A stretch of DNA of 64,000 nt from Daphnia carinata (taxonomy: Eukaryota). This document shows positions 11,744 through 23,374 of this stretch, piece after piece. The notes below the pieces were generated by a model, which was given only the letters and a program-made list of their open reading frames with translations, did not search any database and was not told where the DNA came from. Position numbers and translations under genes: made by a program. Numbering within the stretch: position 1 is the first letter of the stretch; each line of letters begins with the position of its first letter. Location: NCBI RefSeq assembly GCF_022539665.2, contig NC_081331.1, positions 5,828,001 to 5,892,000 on the forward strand, written 5' to 3'.

Positions 11744-13951
11744 ATGGGTCAGTTTCAACCTGTCACTCATGTCCTCTTTGATATGGATGGCTTGCTGCTA
11801 GGTAATATTCAAAATTCTTATTTTCAGTACTTTTGTCAAAATTGACCGGGAAAAACAGTTTTATTTCAGTAGATGAATAAATAACTTTTATGCACACTTA
11901 TGTAATACCCACAGCTTGTCTTGGGAAACATTTACGTGGTGATGGGTCACCTTGACTTCACCTTGAGTTATCCTTTGATCTTGCTGATCAAGTTCTGTGA
12001 CATACTTTACAAAAATTTTGCTACATTACATGTGATATTATAGACACAGAAGACCTGTACACAATAGCAACCCAAGAGATAGTGAGTCAGTATGGAAAGG
12101 ATTACACATGGGAAATCAAGACCACAGTTATGGGGTTTATCGGAAGGGATGTGGCGGTTGCCTTAGTGGAAAAAATGGAGCTTCCCATGACACCAGATGA
12201 GTATTTATTGGCGACAAGTGAAGTTCTGTGCAAGTTATTCCCCACTTGCAAGCTGTTACCAGGTCAGCCCCTGTTTCAGACAACCAAACTCAAGCACTGA
12301 ACTTAGTTCAATATCAATCAATACCATAAGATCTTTATTTTTTTACATGGGTAGATTTTAAGAATTTAAGTTTTTCAGATGCAACCGCAACCCAAGGATC
12401 TTAAATCACATTGGCCAGGATACGATTTCATTTTTGCCATAATTTTTATTGCATAGATACGGAAGCCTTGTACACAATCACCATACAGCAGATTGCTAAT
12501 CAATATGGCGGGAAAATTTTTACATGGGAAATGAAATCTAAGCTAATGGGGATGATGGGGCGAGAGGCAGCAGTCGCCATCATTGAAACATTAGATCTCC
12601 CAATCAAGCCAGAGGAATACATGAATTCTTCTCAACAAATAATGGCTAGGATGTTCCCGTCTTGTAAATTTTTACCAGGTCAGCCAAAACGAAAAAGGCG
12701 GGATCTTTTCAAGTTTCCGTTGTAGGCTTTGCGTACGTGGCACGTTGCCATAACTTGCATATTTTAAATTATTATTTGTTTCTCTTGATTCCACAAGCGG
12801 ACGCATGATTACAGTCCAAGGCCCTTAATAATTTATTTTTCATTTATTTTATTTATCAATTTATTTTATTTTTAGTTTCTCTCCCACTCCCTCACACGAA
12901 GCTAAAGCGGCGGTGTTGTTTGTTAAGGAGACCACTCAGAATTCCTTGGTCTGTGGTTTATTCTTGTCATGTGTGCGCCTGGTACTTAATATCATCGCAT
13001 CCCCGCTTCCATTAGATTCGGAAGATATTTACTCGCGGGCCATCCAAGAGGTATCCGACCGATACGGAGGCAAGACCTTCACCTGGGAGCTCAAAGTTCG
13101 CCAAATGGGACTGGTTTCGGCCGATTTAGCTGCGTTAATCGTCAAAGAACTAGAACTTCCCATTACGGCTGACGAGTATTTGGCCGAGGTGGGGCCGGTC
13201 AACGTTAGGCTATTTCCAAGCGCCAACTTGATGCCAGGTACTTGCATGACAAGACCATCGCATCCGGCAATCAGTGTGAGGGAGAACTGTAGCACCCATT
13301 TTCGTTCCTTTATTTTCTTTTCACTAAGAAACACAACTTTTTTTTATTGTAGATCAGTGCTTGAGTTTTTTTTAGTTCTTTATTTTATATCAGTTTTGGT
13401 TGTATGCATGTCGTTGTTGAATGCTTTTATTTTTTCATGCATAAACATCATTGTACTTGTATAACGAATAGGTGCAGAACGTCTTCTACGCCATTTGCAT
13501 TCGAAGGGCGTGCACATTGCACTAGCTACAAGCAGCAGCCGCGAGAATTACGAATTAAAAACAACCCACCATGGAAGTGTGTTTCAATTGTTTCAACATA
13601 TCGTAACTGGCAGCTCTGATCCAGAAGTCAAACGTGGCAAACCTGCGCCTGATATTTTCTTGATTTGCGCGTCTCGATTTCCCGAGCCGGCCCCACACCC
13701 ATCAAGCGTACGTTACTTCAACCTGTTTTCTGTTCATTTGTCTAATTCATATTTTTGAATCCGTTCATTGACAGTGTCTAGTATTTGAGGATGCTCCAAA
13801 CGGAGTGAAAGCCGCACGAGCAGCCGGTATGCAAGTAGTGATGGTACCGGATCCTCGTATGGATCCACTTTTGACTCAAGAAGCCACACTTGTGCTCAGA
13901 TCACTAGAAGACTTCAAACCGGAACTTTTTGGCCTGCCTGCCTATGATTAA
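11744..13951 (+). CDS. HDHD1: Pseudouridine-5'-phosphatase (HAD family, HDHD1/PUDP/GS1-like); exon 1 11744-11801, one of exons 2a/2b/2c, exon 3 13472-13707, exon 4 13775-13951
   Basis: HAD motif [15 protein letters not shown], motif II ALATSS, motif [11 protein letters not shown], motif [13 protein letters not shown], and C-terminus [13 protein letters not shown]. With a single exon 2 the product is 229-230 aa, typical of the family. Confidence 0.93.
12044..12262 (+). CDS. HDHD1: HDHD1 alternative exon 2a (cap domain, 219 nt)
   Basis: tag|AC ACA GAA... [36 protein letters not shown]...FPTCKLLPG|gtcagc; phase 1-1. Confidence 0.9.
12457..12678 (+). CDS. HDHD1: HDHD1 alternative exon 2b (cap domain, 222 nt)
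   Basis: tag|AT ACG GAA... [37 protein letters not shown]...FPSCKFLPG|gtcagc; phase 1-1. Confidence 0.9.
13016..13237 (+). CDS. HDHD1: HDHD1 alternative exon 2c (cap domain, 222 nt)
   Basis: tag|AT TCG GAA... [37 protein letters not shown]...FPSANLMPG|gtactt; phase 1-1. Confidence 0.9.
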
Positions 13952-16900
13952 AAAAAAAATCAAATGGGATACTTATAGGAAACAAATTGTTTGGTGAAGT
14001 GCAATGCTTTGATGTTTCACATGTCTCTTGTGGCTTTGTTTTTCTCCCTCGGCAACTGCCAAGGTTATGTAAAGTAGCATGGTTGTTCAATCCTTTTAAG
14101 TTGAGAGCACAAAATACACGTCTATTGGATCTCCTCACCCTTCGGTCGTACTATACTTCAGAATTTTAATATTTTGCCTTCAGACACATGTCCACTAGCA
14201 AATGATATTGTATTCCTGAGAAATAAAAATTGTAGAGCAACCATGTTATGACATTGTTCTGATTGCTAACAGTAGAGCCAATTGCTACAGCCAAGGAATC
14301 AGTTAAAAGCTCATTCACCTTTTTCAAAGAATCACAAGTTGGGAGGCATTGGAGTTCCAGAAAAAACGTATGCAATATAATGAAGCTTTATTTAGCGGTG
14401 GTGAAGGACGTGTAATTCTACGAACTGACCAAGACACTCGAGATATGCATGATATACAATGTCTTTGGTTTATATACTGTATATGCAAACGGTACGCGGA
14501 AACAAGCCAAATGTATGCAGTATGACAGGAATCTTGCAATGCACTTTATTATGGAGGACCATTCTTTTCAGATTCTTATCGAATTTTGTGTCCGCGCAAT
14601 TCAGCAAACACAAATATTCATAGAGCATTGTCGTGAATTGAAATCACGGAAGATATGAACGTCCAAATTCACCTTGGTCATTATTTTGGAACACAATCTT
14701 TGGAAACGATAAGCTTGGGCTTTGAAACTGGACTGCAATGCAACCTACAAATAGGAAAATAACGATATTCAAATTTTTTAAAATCATTCGCTGCTTTGAT
14801 GTGCTGTTTTGATTAGAAAGTAAGGCTTAATGATTTCAGAACTGGTTTCTCTTCATAAAATGACTTGCCATGTACGCCATACGATATCCAAATTCTCGGC
14901 TTCTATTTCCAGGTATTAAAAAGAAGATGATCAGCCTTTGAGTCTACTGTAAATGCCACGATCTCGTCAAGTGGGATTTTTCAATCAAATTATTATTGGG
15001 CAATAGCAAAAGGCCAATGCCTTAATGAATACGGTTGAATACATTTGCAATTCCAGACCTACATAGTTTTATTATTCACAAGCCACAACAATTGAATTGA
15101 GCTCCATAGAATTGGACAAGTATCCTTTTTTAGAATGGAACTTTTACCTCCGAATTACGACGAATCAGCCCAATACTTTCCAATGAAAACTTGTCCTTAC
15201 AAACGTAGAAGTTACGGGGCCGAATTAAACTTCATTCTCGTCATTTTACACGCGAATGTAAGACACCACTTGGCGCTTCATGGAATAGCAACATCTAAGT
15301 AAATGGAAATTTTTTAGGACTAATCGATTCAGAAAAAACTGGCATGTTTAGAAGCCATGGTTATCAAACCTGTATGTGAAAGACAATCTGACTGTTCGGC
15401 GAAACGCAATGTGTTACACATTTCAGCGTGGCGTCTGTCATTAGAGCAAATCCGCTTCGGAATTACCTCTAAATTATCGTGCAATTAAAACATTGATAAG
15501 GCTGTCTGGGTGTCCTCAGTTCTCTTTTTTTGTGTATGTGTCTACGGTGAAATTATCAATTAGGGACACCATTATGTCTAAGATTTAAAATGTCGCTCTC
15601 GTCTCCTCTGCTCCAATTCAACTGCTGCGCATATTATGTACGGTTAGTTCCTTATCCAGGTGAAGGTTGTATTCTTTTCTTCATTGCCATTTTCAGTATG
15701 ACGTTATTCAAGTTTGACTGGGCCGAATGCGCTTGCTTATAACGGGCCATCCACACGCTCACGATAATGGAAGAATCGTTCATACCCCTTTTCATGAAAA
15801 TACGGAGAAAAATGTATCGGGTCACGAGACCCATTGTGAAATCACGTCACGTGGCTATGGGGACAATGTACAGAGACTATTTATTACAAGATTAAATACA
15901 TGATTCAAAATCGGTTTGTACGAGTTTCCTTATGGTAATTTTTTTTTTTTTTTAAGATGGTGAAAAAAATTTTTAATGTTAACAATGAGTTAACAAAGGG
16001 CAGCGAGTTTTGTGTTCACCGTTATTCCAAGATGCTCAATGCCGGCATTAAGAATGCCACTTCATTCCAGGGGGAGAAAAAAAAAGACTGATTCCACGAA
16101 CAAATGGCGCAACCTGTTTGATGATGACAATGATGGAAGGGTTGCGTTTCTGCGTATGCCTTTTTGTGAATAAAAGCAATATCTATGGTCCTACAGTGAA
16201 TATATATGTAAATTCTAAATTGACGATGGTATCTACTGCTCTTTCGAGTATTTGTGGAGAACCTGCTAACCAGCCTCAATAAACGTCAGCTGCGCCTCGG
16301 GTTACGAATTCTTTTCTTTCTATTTTATCATTTGAATTTAAATATTGGTTGATTTTTTTGTTTCATACCAACTTCTTGATTCCTAGTGCAACCTAGTTGA
16401 CTGACGACTTTTTTTTTTTCTTGTTTCATAGATTAATTTCAATGTCAGCAAGAGGGGGAGGAAGTCAAACACGAAATAACAAAACACGTGTGATTTAAAA
16501 TAATAATAATAATGTGTATTTTTCACATACGAAGAAGAGGAAATAAATCTAAAAATGCGAAAGACTAATGAATAGGCAATCAAAATCTCCGGGGGCTTGC
16601 TGATGGGTTTACCGAGCAGCAATCAAGCGGATTACACGATGGCCTCATACAGGGAGATTTCGGTCATATTATGTTATACATAGGCTGCACTCGAACGATT
16701 GGTTATTGCCTGTTTGACCTACAAGAGCAATCATTATATTACTTGCCATCAGTTGGATAAGCTTTTGTTGTAGTGCAACATTCCGTCTATTGGTCCAGCA
16801 GCTTTCCCTTGTAAAGGAGGCATCTGCTATGCCGTGCGCAGCGGTCATTTTCTCGCCGCGTGTAACAGGTTTAAGGGGGAAAAAGAATGGCGTTGTGCCC

Positions 16901-17974
16901 GACAGCTTTCTTCATTTCCATTGGATATCATTAAGTCTATTTATTCACGGCATCAACTTGAATTATTTGATGAATACTTAACACGTACCGGCCGTTTGTT
17001 AACATCTATATTTTTTTACGATATCTTTAGTTACTTGATCAAGAGACCACTAGATGTCAGCAGAAGTATTTTGTAATTTTTTTTTTTTTTCGTTTATCTG
17101 GGCGAGTCCCAAATTTTCACGCGGGAGTGGGGTGGAAGGAGTGTATGGGGAGGAAAAAGAAAATTTATTTTTTCTTTTAGTTCTGTTCTTATATATATAT
17201 ACATTCTCATGGGTGGGTTGAGGGGTCTGTGTGTGTCTACAGTGCGCAACCACACGATAAGAACGTCACAGCGTGGCATGTTTTTATTTTGTGCTGTCGA
17301 ATTTCCCGGACACGCTGGGTCTGCGAGGGCATAAAAATATTTAAAAGGAAAAACAAAAAAACTGGTATCACAACATAAAAAAAAAAAAAGAGAGACAAAC
17401 AAAACAGCCTTACAGAAAAACTACGTCGCAATTTGAAACGTTCTAACCCCATTTTTTTTTCCCAAGACAAAAAACAAAAATGAACGCGGGCGTTTCAAAA
17501 ACGAACGGGAGAAAATCCCTGCCTCCCCCTTTTGCAACCGAGTCGCAGCAAAACGGGGCAACCGACGAAAACAAGATATATATTTCTAGGGCGAGATTGG
17601 AATGAGAGCGCGCGCCGAGAATATAAATATACCCACTCGCTCCCGCCCCGCGTCTGTCCGTCTCTCTCTTTAGCCATGTTATATCACCGAGCGGGCCAGA
17701 TATGCTGCGGGAGGAAAAAATTTGAAAAAAATAAAATAAAATAAGCAGGCCATGGGCCATCAGACCTCCTCCCTCATCTCTAGTTTCTCTCTTCAATCTC
17801 TATATACTCATATTATAAGCTCCTTTTTTTTTTCTAAATAAATCTAAAGGCCTAATGTATACAGAGAGAGTTCGTCGACACACCCCTCTCTCTGCTATAG
17901 ACATTTTATTTTTTTAATTTCTAAAAAAAATTTTCTTGTGTGGTCTGATGTGTGAGAGAGACGAGGCCAAACCC

Positions 17975-18058
17975 TCCCTTCTCTCTCTTTTCTCTCCTTC
18001 TCCCTCGTTTCTTTCTCTCTTTTTCTCTCTCTCTCTCTCTCTCTCTTCGTCTCTCTCC
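17975..18058. repeat. CT/GA-rich microsatellite tract upstream of ttk
   Basis: (CT)n run and pyrimidine-only sequence visible directly. Confidence 0.8.
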
Positions 18059-21000
18059 CGCAAACGAACAGAGTTGGGGCTGTTTTGGATGTTCACGCAC
18101 GATGACCTTCACCGCTTCACGTTCCGCTGGAGTCCTGGCTCGAGCGTTTAAACGCCCCAGGCCTCTCTCTCTCTTTTGTACTGGTGTTGTTGTTTCGAAC
18201 CCCTTTCGTTTCTATCTTATTCCTTTTTTTTCAAATTTTTTTTTTATTCCGAACGAAGCAACGCGCGTTCCCCGTTAATGAGTTTAAAGAGCGGGTGGGA
18301 TCAGGCGAGCGAGAGAAATAAAAAGAAGGAAAAGCGAAGAAGAGAGCCATTCATTCGCCCCTAACCACTTTTACATTCCTCGTATCAAACTCATTCAAGA
18401 GATAAAAATTACATCATCCCACATACACACACACACACACTGATGTGCCAGTGTGTGCTGGTTGCGGGACCACTAAGGAGGAAGACAACAACGCCTTTAG
18501 GCTGATTCGCTTTTTTCGTTCTTGGAAAACGAAAAACGAATGCCAAGAAGAACCTTAAAAAATAATAATAATAAAGGAGAGACAAACAAGAATTCGAATC
18601 AGAGACGAGGGTGAATAAACAGTCCTTTTTTTATATATATATTTGATTTGTTTTTTTTTTAATATCAAATGCATTTCTTTTTTTGAGGTCAAATAACAAG
18701 CGTCAGCTTGAATCGAGTCAAACGAGTTGACTAGGACGCATTTTCTCCCCGAAATTTTTAGTGCTATCGCAATCATTTCGAATGATGTGGAAAATACTCA
18801 GCAATTGACGATTTGATGACGTGATTTGTTTGTTTTTTTTGCGCTAAAATAATTGCATCATTTTAGCACGCGCACGCAAAATTTATTTTGAAAAAAAAAA
18901 CAAAAAAAACAAACATATTCTTTTAAAGCGATGGTTTGGGTACGAGGACTTTGTCGAATAAGCTTGCATTCAAATGAAGAGGAATATGTTCGCAATATAA
19001 ACACCGGCATCTCTTTGAAAAAAAAAAATATTTATTTGAATAAAAAAAAAAAAAAGAAAGACTTTTTCACGCGCAAAGAGGAGGAATGGAAGGACAAAGT
19101 CCAAACGTATAGCTCGTTCGGTTCGCTCTATACCATCAAAAGGAAAAAGTGTTTTCAGTGTACGTAACACCATTTGTCGGTTAAATTACAAACGAGAGCG
19201 AGAGAAAATGTGTATAGAAGAACATCACGACCAAAAGTGGTCGGCCCCTTGAAAAAAAAAATGGGACATAGTATACGAATAGGTTTTCTTCAAAAAAAAG
19301 AGCATTATTCTTTTCCTTTTTTTTTTTTAAATAGAAAAATACCTTCCCCTCAAACTGAGCGGTTGTATAATTTTCTCGACCAATTTTGTTTCTTCCTCTT
19401 TTTTCCCGCGCACCTCGTCCGTTCCACCCACTTTAAAAAGACACGGACGAAAAGAGAGCTAGAACAGAAAAAGAACTATTATTACTCCCTCTTTTTTTTC
19501 CTCAAGAAAAGAGGAACCGAGAACGTGAAGCAAAAGGGCTAGAGTCCCGAACGATGAACAATTCTTTGCCTACAATTGTATAATACACGTACTATACTCA
19601 ACCCAAAACTCCTCAAAAAAAAAACAAAACATAATATATAACGATGCGGGTTTTTCTCTTCTTTTTTGTCAAATGTATTACGCCAGGCTTTTTTTTTTTT
19701 ATTTTCTGTTCACTACGCGTTCAAAAAAACCCACCCCGGGTACACACCGTGAGCTGAAACATCATCAACAACCCAAAAAAAGGAAACCAACATGGCATAA
19801 AATACGTATATGTGTGTTTGAAAAGAGAAAAGCAGGCCGCCTTTGGAATTTATTAAAAGTTCGGCTGGTTTTATTCTTTTCGTCTACACACACACACACA
19901 CATATAGCCAAAATGCATTATTTAATGCCCCTCTCTTTCGTCTTTCCCCCCCGTGCGCGTGATCGTCGTCGATAGAATTGTAGGTACACCTACGTTCGGT
20001 TCCATGAAAAAAAAAAAGAAATGCGCATTTTTTTTTCTTGTAAGGCATCGTGAATTTCTTGTTGCCCGACGACTATAGAAAGAAAAAGAGACGGACGAGA
20101 AATTCTTTTTTTGGCCTTCGGGAGGATGCGCTGCTGTGCCGCTTTATTCTACTACCACCACCACCACTATATATATATATATATCTATTTTATTTTTTTA
20201 CTTCCACCATCAACCCCGATATGGCCGCGGGAATTTTTCGTTTTTTTTTTTTTCTTTCTTCTTCTTCTTCCCATTTCGTCTTCTTCTTCTATTTCTGCCG
20301 CCCTCGGCAGCAACAGCGTTCACACACGCTGCAAGCCAGCGAGGACCCACACACATTAGCCCATCCCTTACGTTTTTTTTTTGTTGGATTCACGGGAACG
20401 TTGAAAATTCTCTCGTGTCATTCCATGGAAAATGAGAATAAGAAAAAAACGGGGAAAAACGGAGGAGGCAACCGGAATTGCGGATGTACGCAAATAATGT
20501 GTGGCTATAGCATCCGCCTTGTTGTGGAAAAAACACACACACACATGGAAGGGGAGGGGGGGACAAAGTCGGCTACTTTCTTATGCAATGCACATGTCAT
20601 CCCCGAATGAGAGAGCAAAAAGGTTTTTTGATCGATCCGACAGGGAATTGTATTTATTGTGCGAAATGGCAGTCGCACGCTGAATGAGAAAGGAGAGGCA
20701 AAAATGGGGAGGGAATGACAGAGAGAAAAGAGAAGTAGAAGAGGATTCAAGCCTGAGCGAATGCAAATCGCATACACCTTAACACACAGACATGCACCTA
20801 TGTGTTCAAAGTATATAGGGAAAAGAAAAGGGATAGATAATGGGAAAGAAAGAAACAACAAAATAGAAAAATAAAAGAAGCGAAGGGCGCAGTCTAGAAA
20901 GGATATGTATATACAAAATAGGAAAAAGAGAAGAGAGAAAAGAGAGAGAGAGACAGAGAGAAATAGTTGGTAAAAAAAAAAATGGTAAAAAAATGCGGCT

Positions 21001-21526
21001 GGTATTCCGAGATCTGACAACGTCTACCGTGTAGAAAAAGGGTGGGCCGGACAACATGGCGACAAGTGGTTATTGAAAAGAATATTAGGGTAAGTGCCAT
21101 TTGGGGTTGTAGGACTAGTTTTTTCTCAGGTCCCAGTGCGGTAGGATACATCTACTTCAATCTGGAACTTTGATTAAGGTAGAAATGGGTTAAAGGTCGA
21201 AGCTTATCAGGCTCTATTTGCAGCCCTCAACCCTAACGTTAGCTAACGCAGACAAGTCTCACACACACACACACTCAGTTCACCCCCCTTGGGGCGATTT
21301 GGGTTTGTTTTTCTCTTCTCGCTCTCTCCCGTTCGCTTAGTCCGCGGCCTGAAGTGGGTTGGTGAGCGCTGCTTCGTGCCAGGGTGGGGCATTCGGGTGT
21401 AAATTCGTTCTCCTTCTGAAGTTTTGCACCACAGTGATTGTGTTTAGTTTCATCTTCTCTCTCTTGCTCTCCAGGTACAGAACACTGTGACTTGTGCACG
21501 AGTCAAATGCTAGCAGCAGCAGCACC

Positions 21527-23374
21527 ATGGCCTCATCTTCTCCGTCTCCCCAGCAGCAGTTCTGCCTGCGATGGAATAATCACCAGTCTGCTCTTGTCTC
21601 AGTGTTCGACCACTTGCTCCAGAGTGAGGCCTTTGTCGATGTTACTCTGGCCGTTGAGGGTCTTCTCCTCCGGGCCCACAAATTAGTGCTCTCAGCCTGC
21701 AGCCCATATTTCCAGGCTATGTTTGCATCCCATCCGGCCAAACACCCAATCATCATTCTCAAGGATGTCCGCTACAATGACCTGCGAGCACTTTTGGATT
21801 TCATGTACAAAGGGGAAGTGGCTGTGGATCAGGATCGCCTGCCCGCATTCCTCCGACTGGCTGAAAGTCTCAAGATCCGCGGCTTGGCCGAATTCTGCGA
21901 GGAAAGCCTCTCTCAAGCCACTTCACAGCCGCCCATCTTCGATTCATTGTTGGATTCACAAAAGAGAAACCACCCGTCAGGACCTCCATCAGTTTCGCAC
22001 CAGCAATCGCAACAGCAGTCCCTCAAATGCGGCTCCCGCACCCCTGACGGCCGTAGAACTTTTGCCCGTTTCAAATCAAAGACCGCCTATCGATTTTAGC
22101 GTGCCGGCCATGGCCAGCATGTTTGGCTCTCCGGTTCCCTTGGCGAGTGCACGCAGCAGTAGCAGCATGAGCAGTTCCAACAAGCGGCCTTCCAGCCCTC
22201 AAACATACGCTCACCACAGGAGGAAGCGAGGCAGACCCCCTCGTCAATCCTACTCTGAATCGGTATTGATATTTTACACGTTAATGCCGAAAAAACAGTG
22301 ACCAAAACTCTTTGAATTTGTCTCATTTTCTCACAGGCTGGAATACTGAACAACGCTGTGGGACTGAAATCAAACGCTAGCAAGGACGTCCGAGGCTCTA
22401 GCCCTGAAGTTATGGAAATGAATGTCGATCTTCTCTCCATGGGCGTCGCGAACAACGGACCCGAAACTGCCCTCACCCCTCATGCACCGACCAATTCTAA
22501 CGCTCACGGTACGTTATTCCATTGTTCATTACGCCAAGCAATACGTTCAAGTTTCTTTTAACTCTAAATAGATTCTTCTTCCACGGCTCAAGACGATCAC
22601 ATCAAAGGGGCGTCGTCGCGGAATTCCAGCCCCGTCAACAACACCTCTGTTGCGAAACTCGAACCTTTACCTCTTCTGGAATCTGACACGCGACCGGACG
22701 GCTTAGAACCTCAAGCAGGACCTTCGTTTGAAAGCGATTTTGACAGTAGCAGGCGCGGTGGAAAATCAGGTTTAATTTCATTCCTTGACTCATCTTTTGA
22801 CTAAACTCCCGTTTCCCCTACCGTATTGCAGGTTTTTAATTATTTGTCTTATCTCTCTCTTTAAAAAAAAAAAAATAATAATAAAATAGGGAAGGGCAAC
22901 AGGAGAGCCCGTGGACGGCCGAGAGGTTACGGTCGCAACGCCAATTCGCTTGACCGTTCCCTTTTATCTGCCGATTCGTTGGATGATTTGGCTGGTCCGT
23001 CACAAAGGGAAGGTTCAAGCACGCCGGATCGGACACTGCTGGGCGGCTCCAACAGCAACTCGAACAACACCGAGCAGTTGCAGGAAATGTCCATTCGCGG
23101 ATTGAATCTCTTCCGCTACGCATCCGTCTCGGAAGAGGGCATGTACCGCTGCATACCCTGCGAGAAGGAGCACGTGACGCGGACATTCAAGAATAAGTAC
23201 AGCTTCCAACGGCACGCGTATCTTTATCACGAGGGCAATCAGCGCAAGGTGTTCCCGTGTCTTGTGTGTGGACGAGAGTTTTCGCGACCCGATAAACTCA
23301 AACACCACCTCAAGACCGTTCACGACTACGCTGTTCCGCGCGAGTATAGCAACGCCTACTACTCCCTGCCCTAG
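21527..23374 (+). CDS. ttk: Tramtrack (BTB + AT-hooks + two C2H2 zinc fingers, Ttk88/alpha-type); exons about 21527-22262 (apparent +1 shift near 22021), 22337-22508, 22572-22769, 22890-23374
   Basis: The BTB domain QFCLRWNNHQSALVSVFDHLL...HPAKHPIIILKDV...DQDRLPAFLRLAESLKIRGL is of the ttk type. The zinc fingers YRCIPCEKEHVTRTFKNKYSFQRHAYLYHEG..RKVFPCLVCGREFSRPDKLKHHLKTVH match my recollection of Drosophila Ttk88. AT-hook-like motifs RKRGRPP and RARGRPR. Confidence 0.88.

Larger units (their letters stand above)
12286..13368 (+). promoter_or_regulatory. Nested complementary intronic elements (candidate selector/docking RNA pairings) around exons 2b and 2c
   Basis: AAACTCAAGCACTGA (12286-12300) is the reverse complement of TCAGTGCTTGAGTTT (13354-13368). 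CTCCCTCACAC (12887-12897) pairs with GTGTGAGGGAG (13274-13284). TCTTGTCATG (12962-12971) pairs with CATGACAAGA (13245-13254). Confidence 0.75.

Noticed and set aside
12044..13237. Interpretation as three tandem HDHD1 genes or dead exon copies
   Set aside because: Only one exon 1 and one exon 3-4 set exist, and all three copies keep frame, phase and splice sites despite high divergence.
15650..21450. Many 60-190 aa ORFs rich in F/K/L upstream of ttk
   Set aside because: They are translations of poly-A/T and CT/GA tracts with no domain motifs; this is probably ttk regulatory, UTR or intron sequence.
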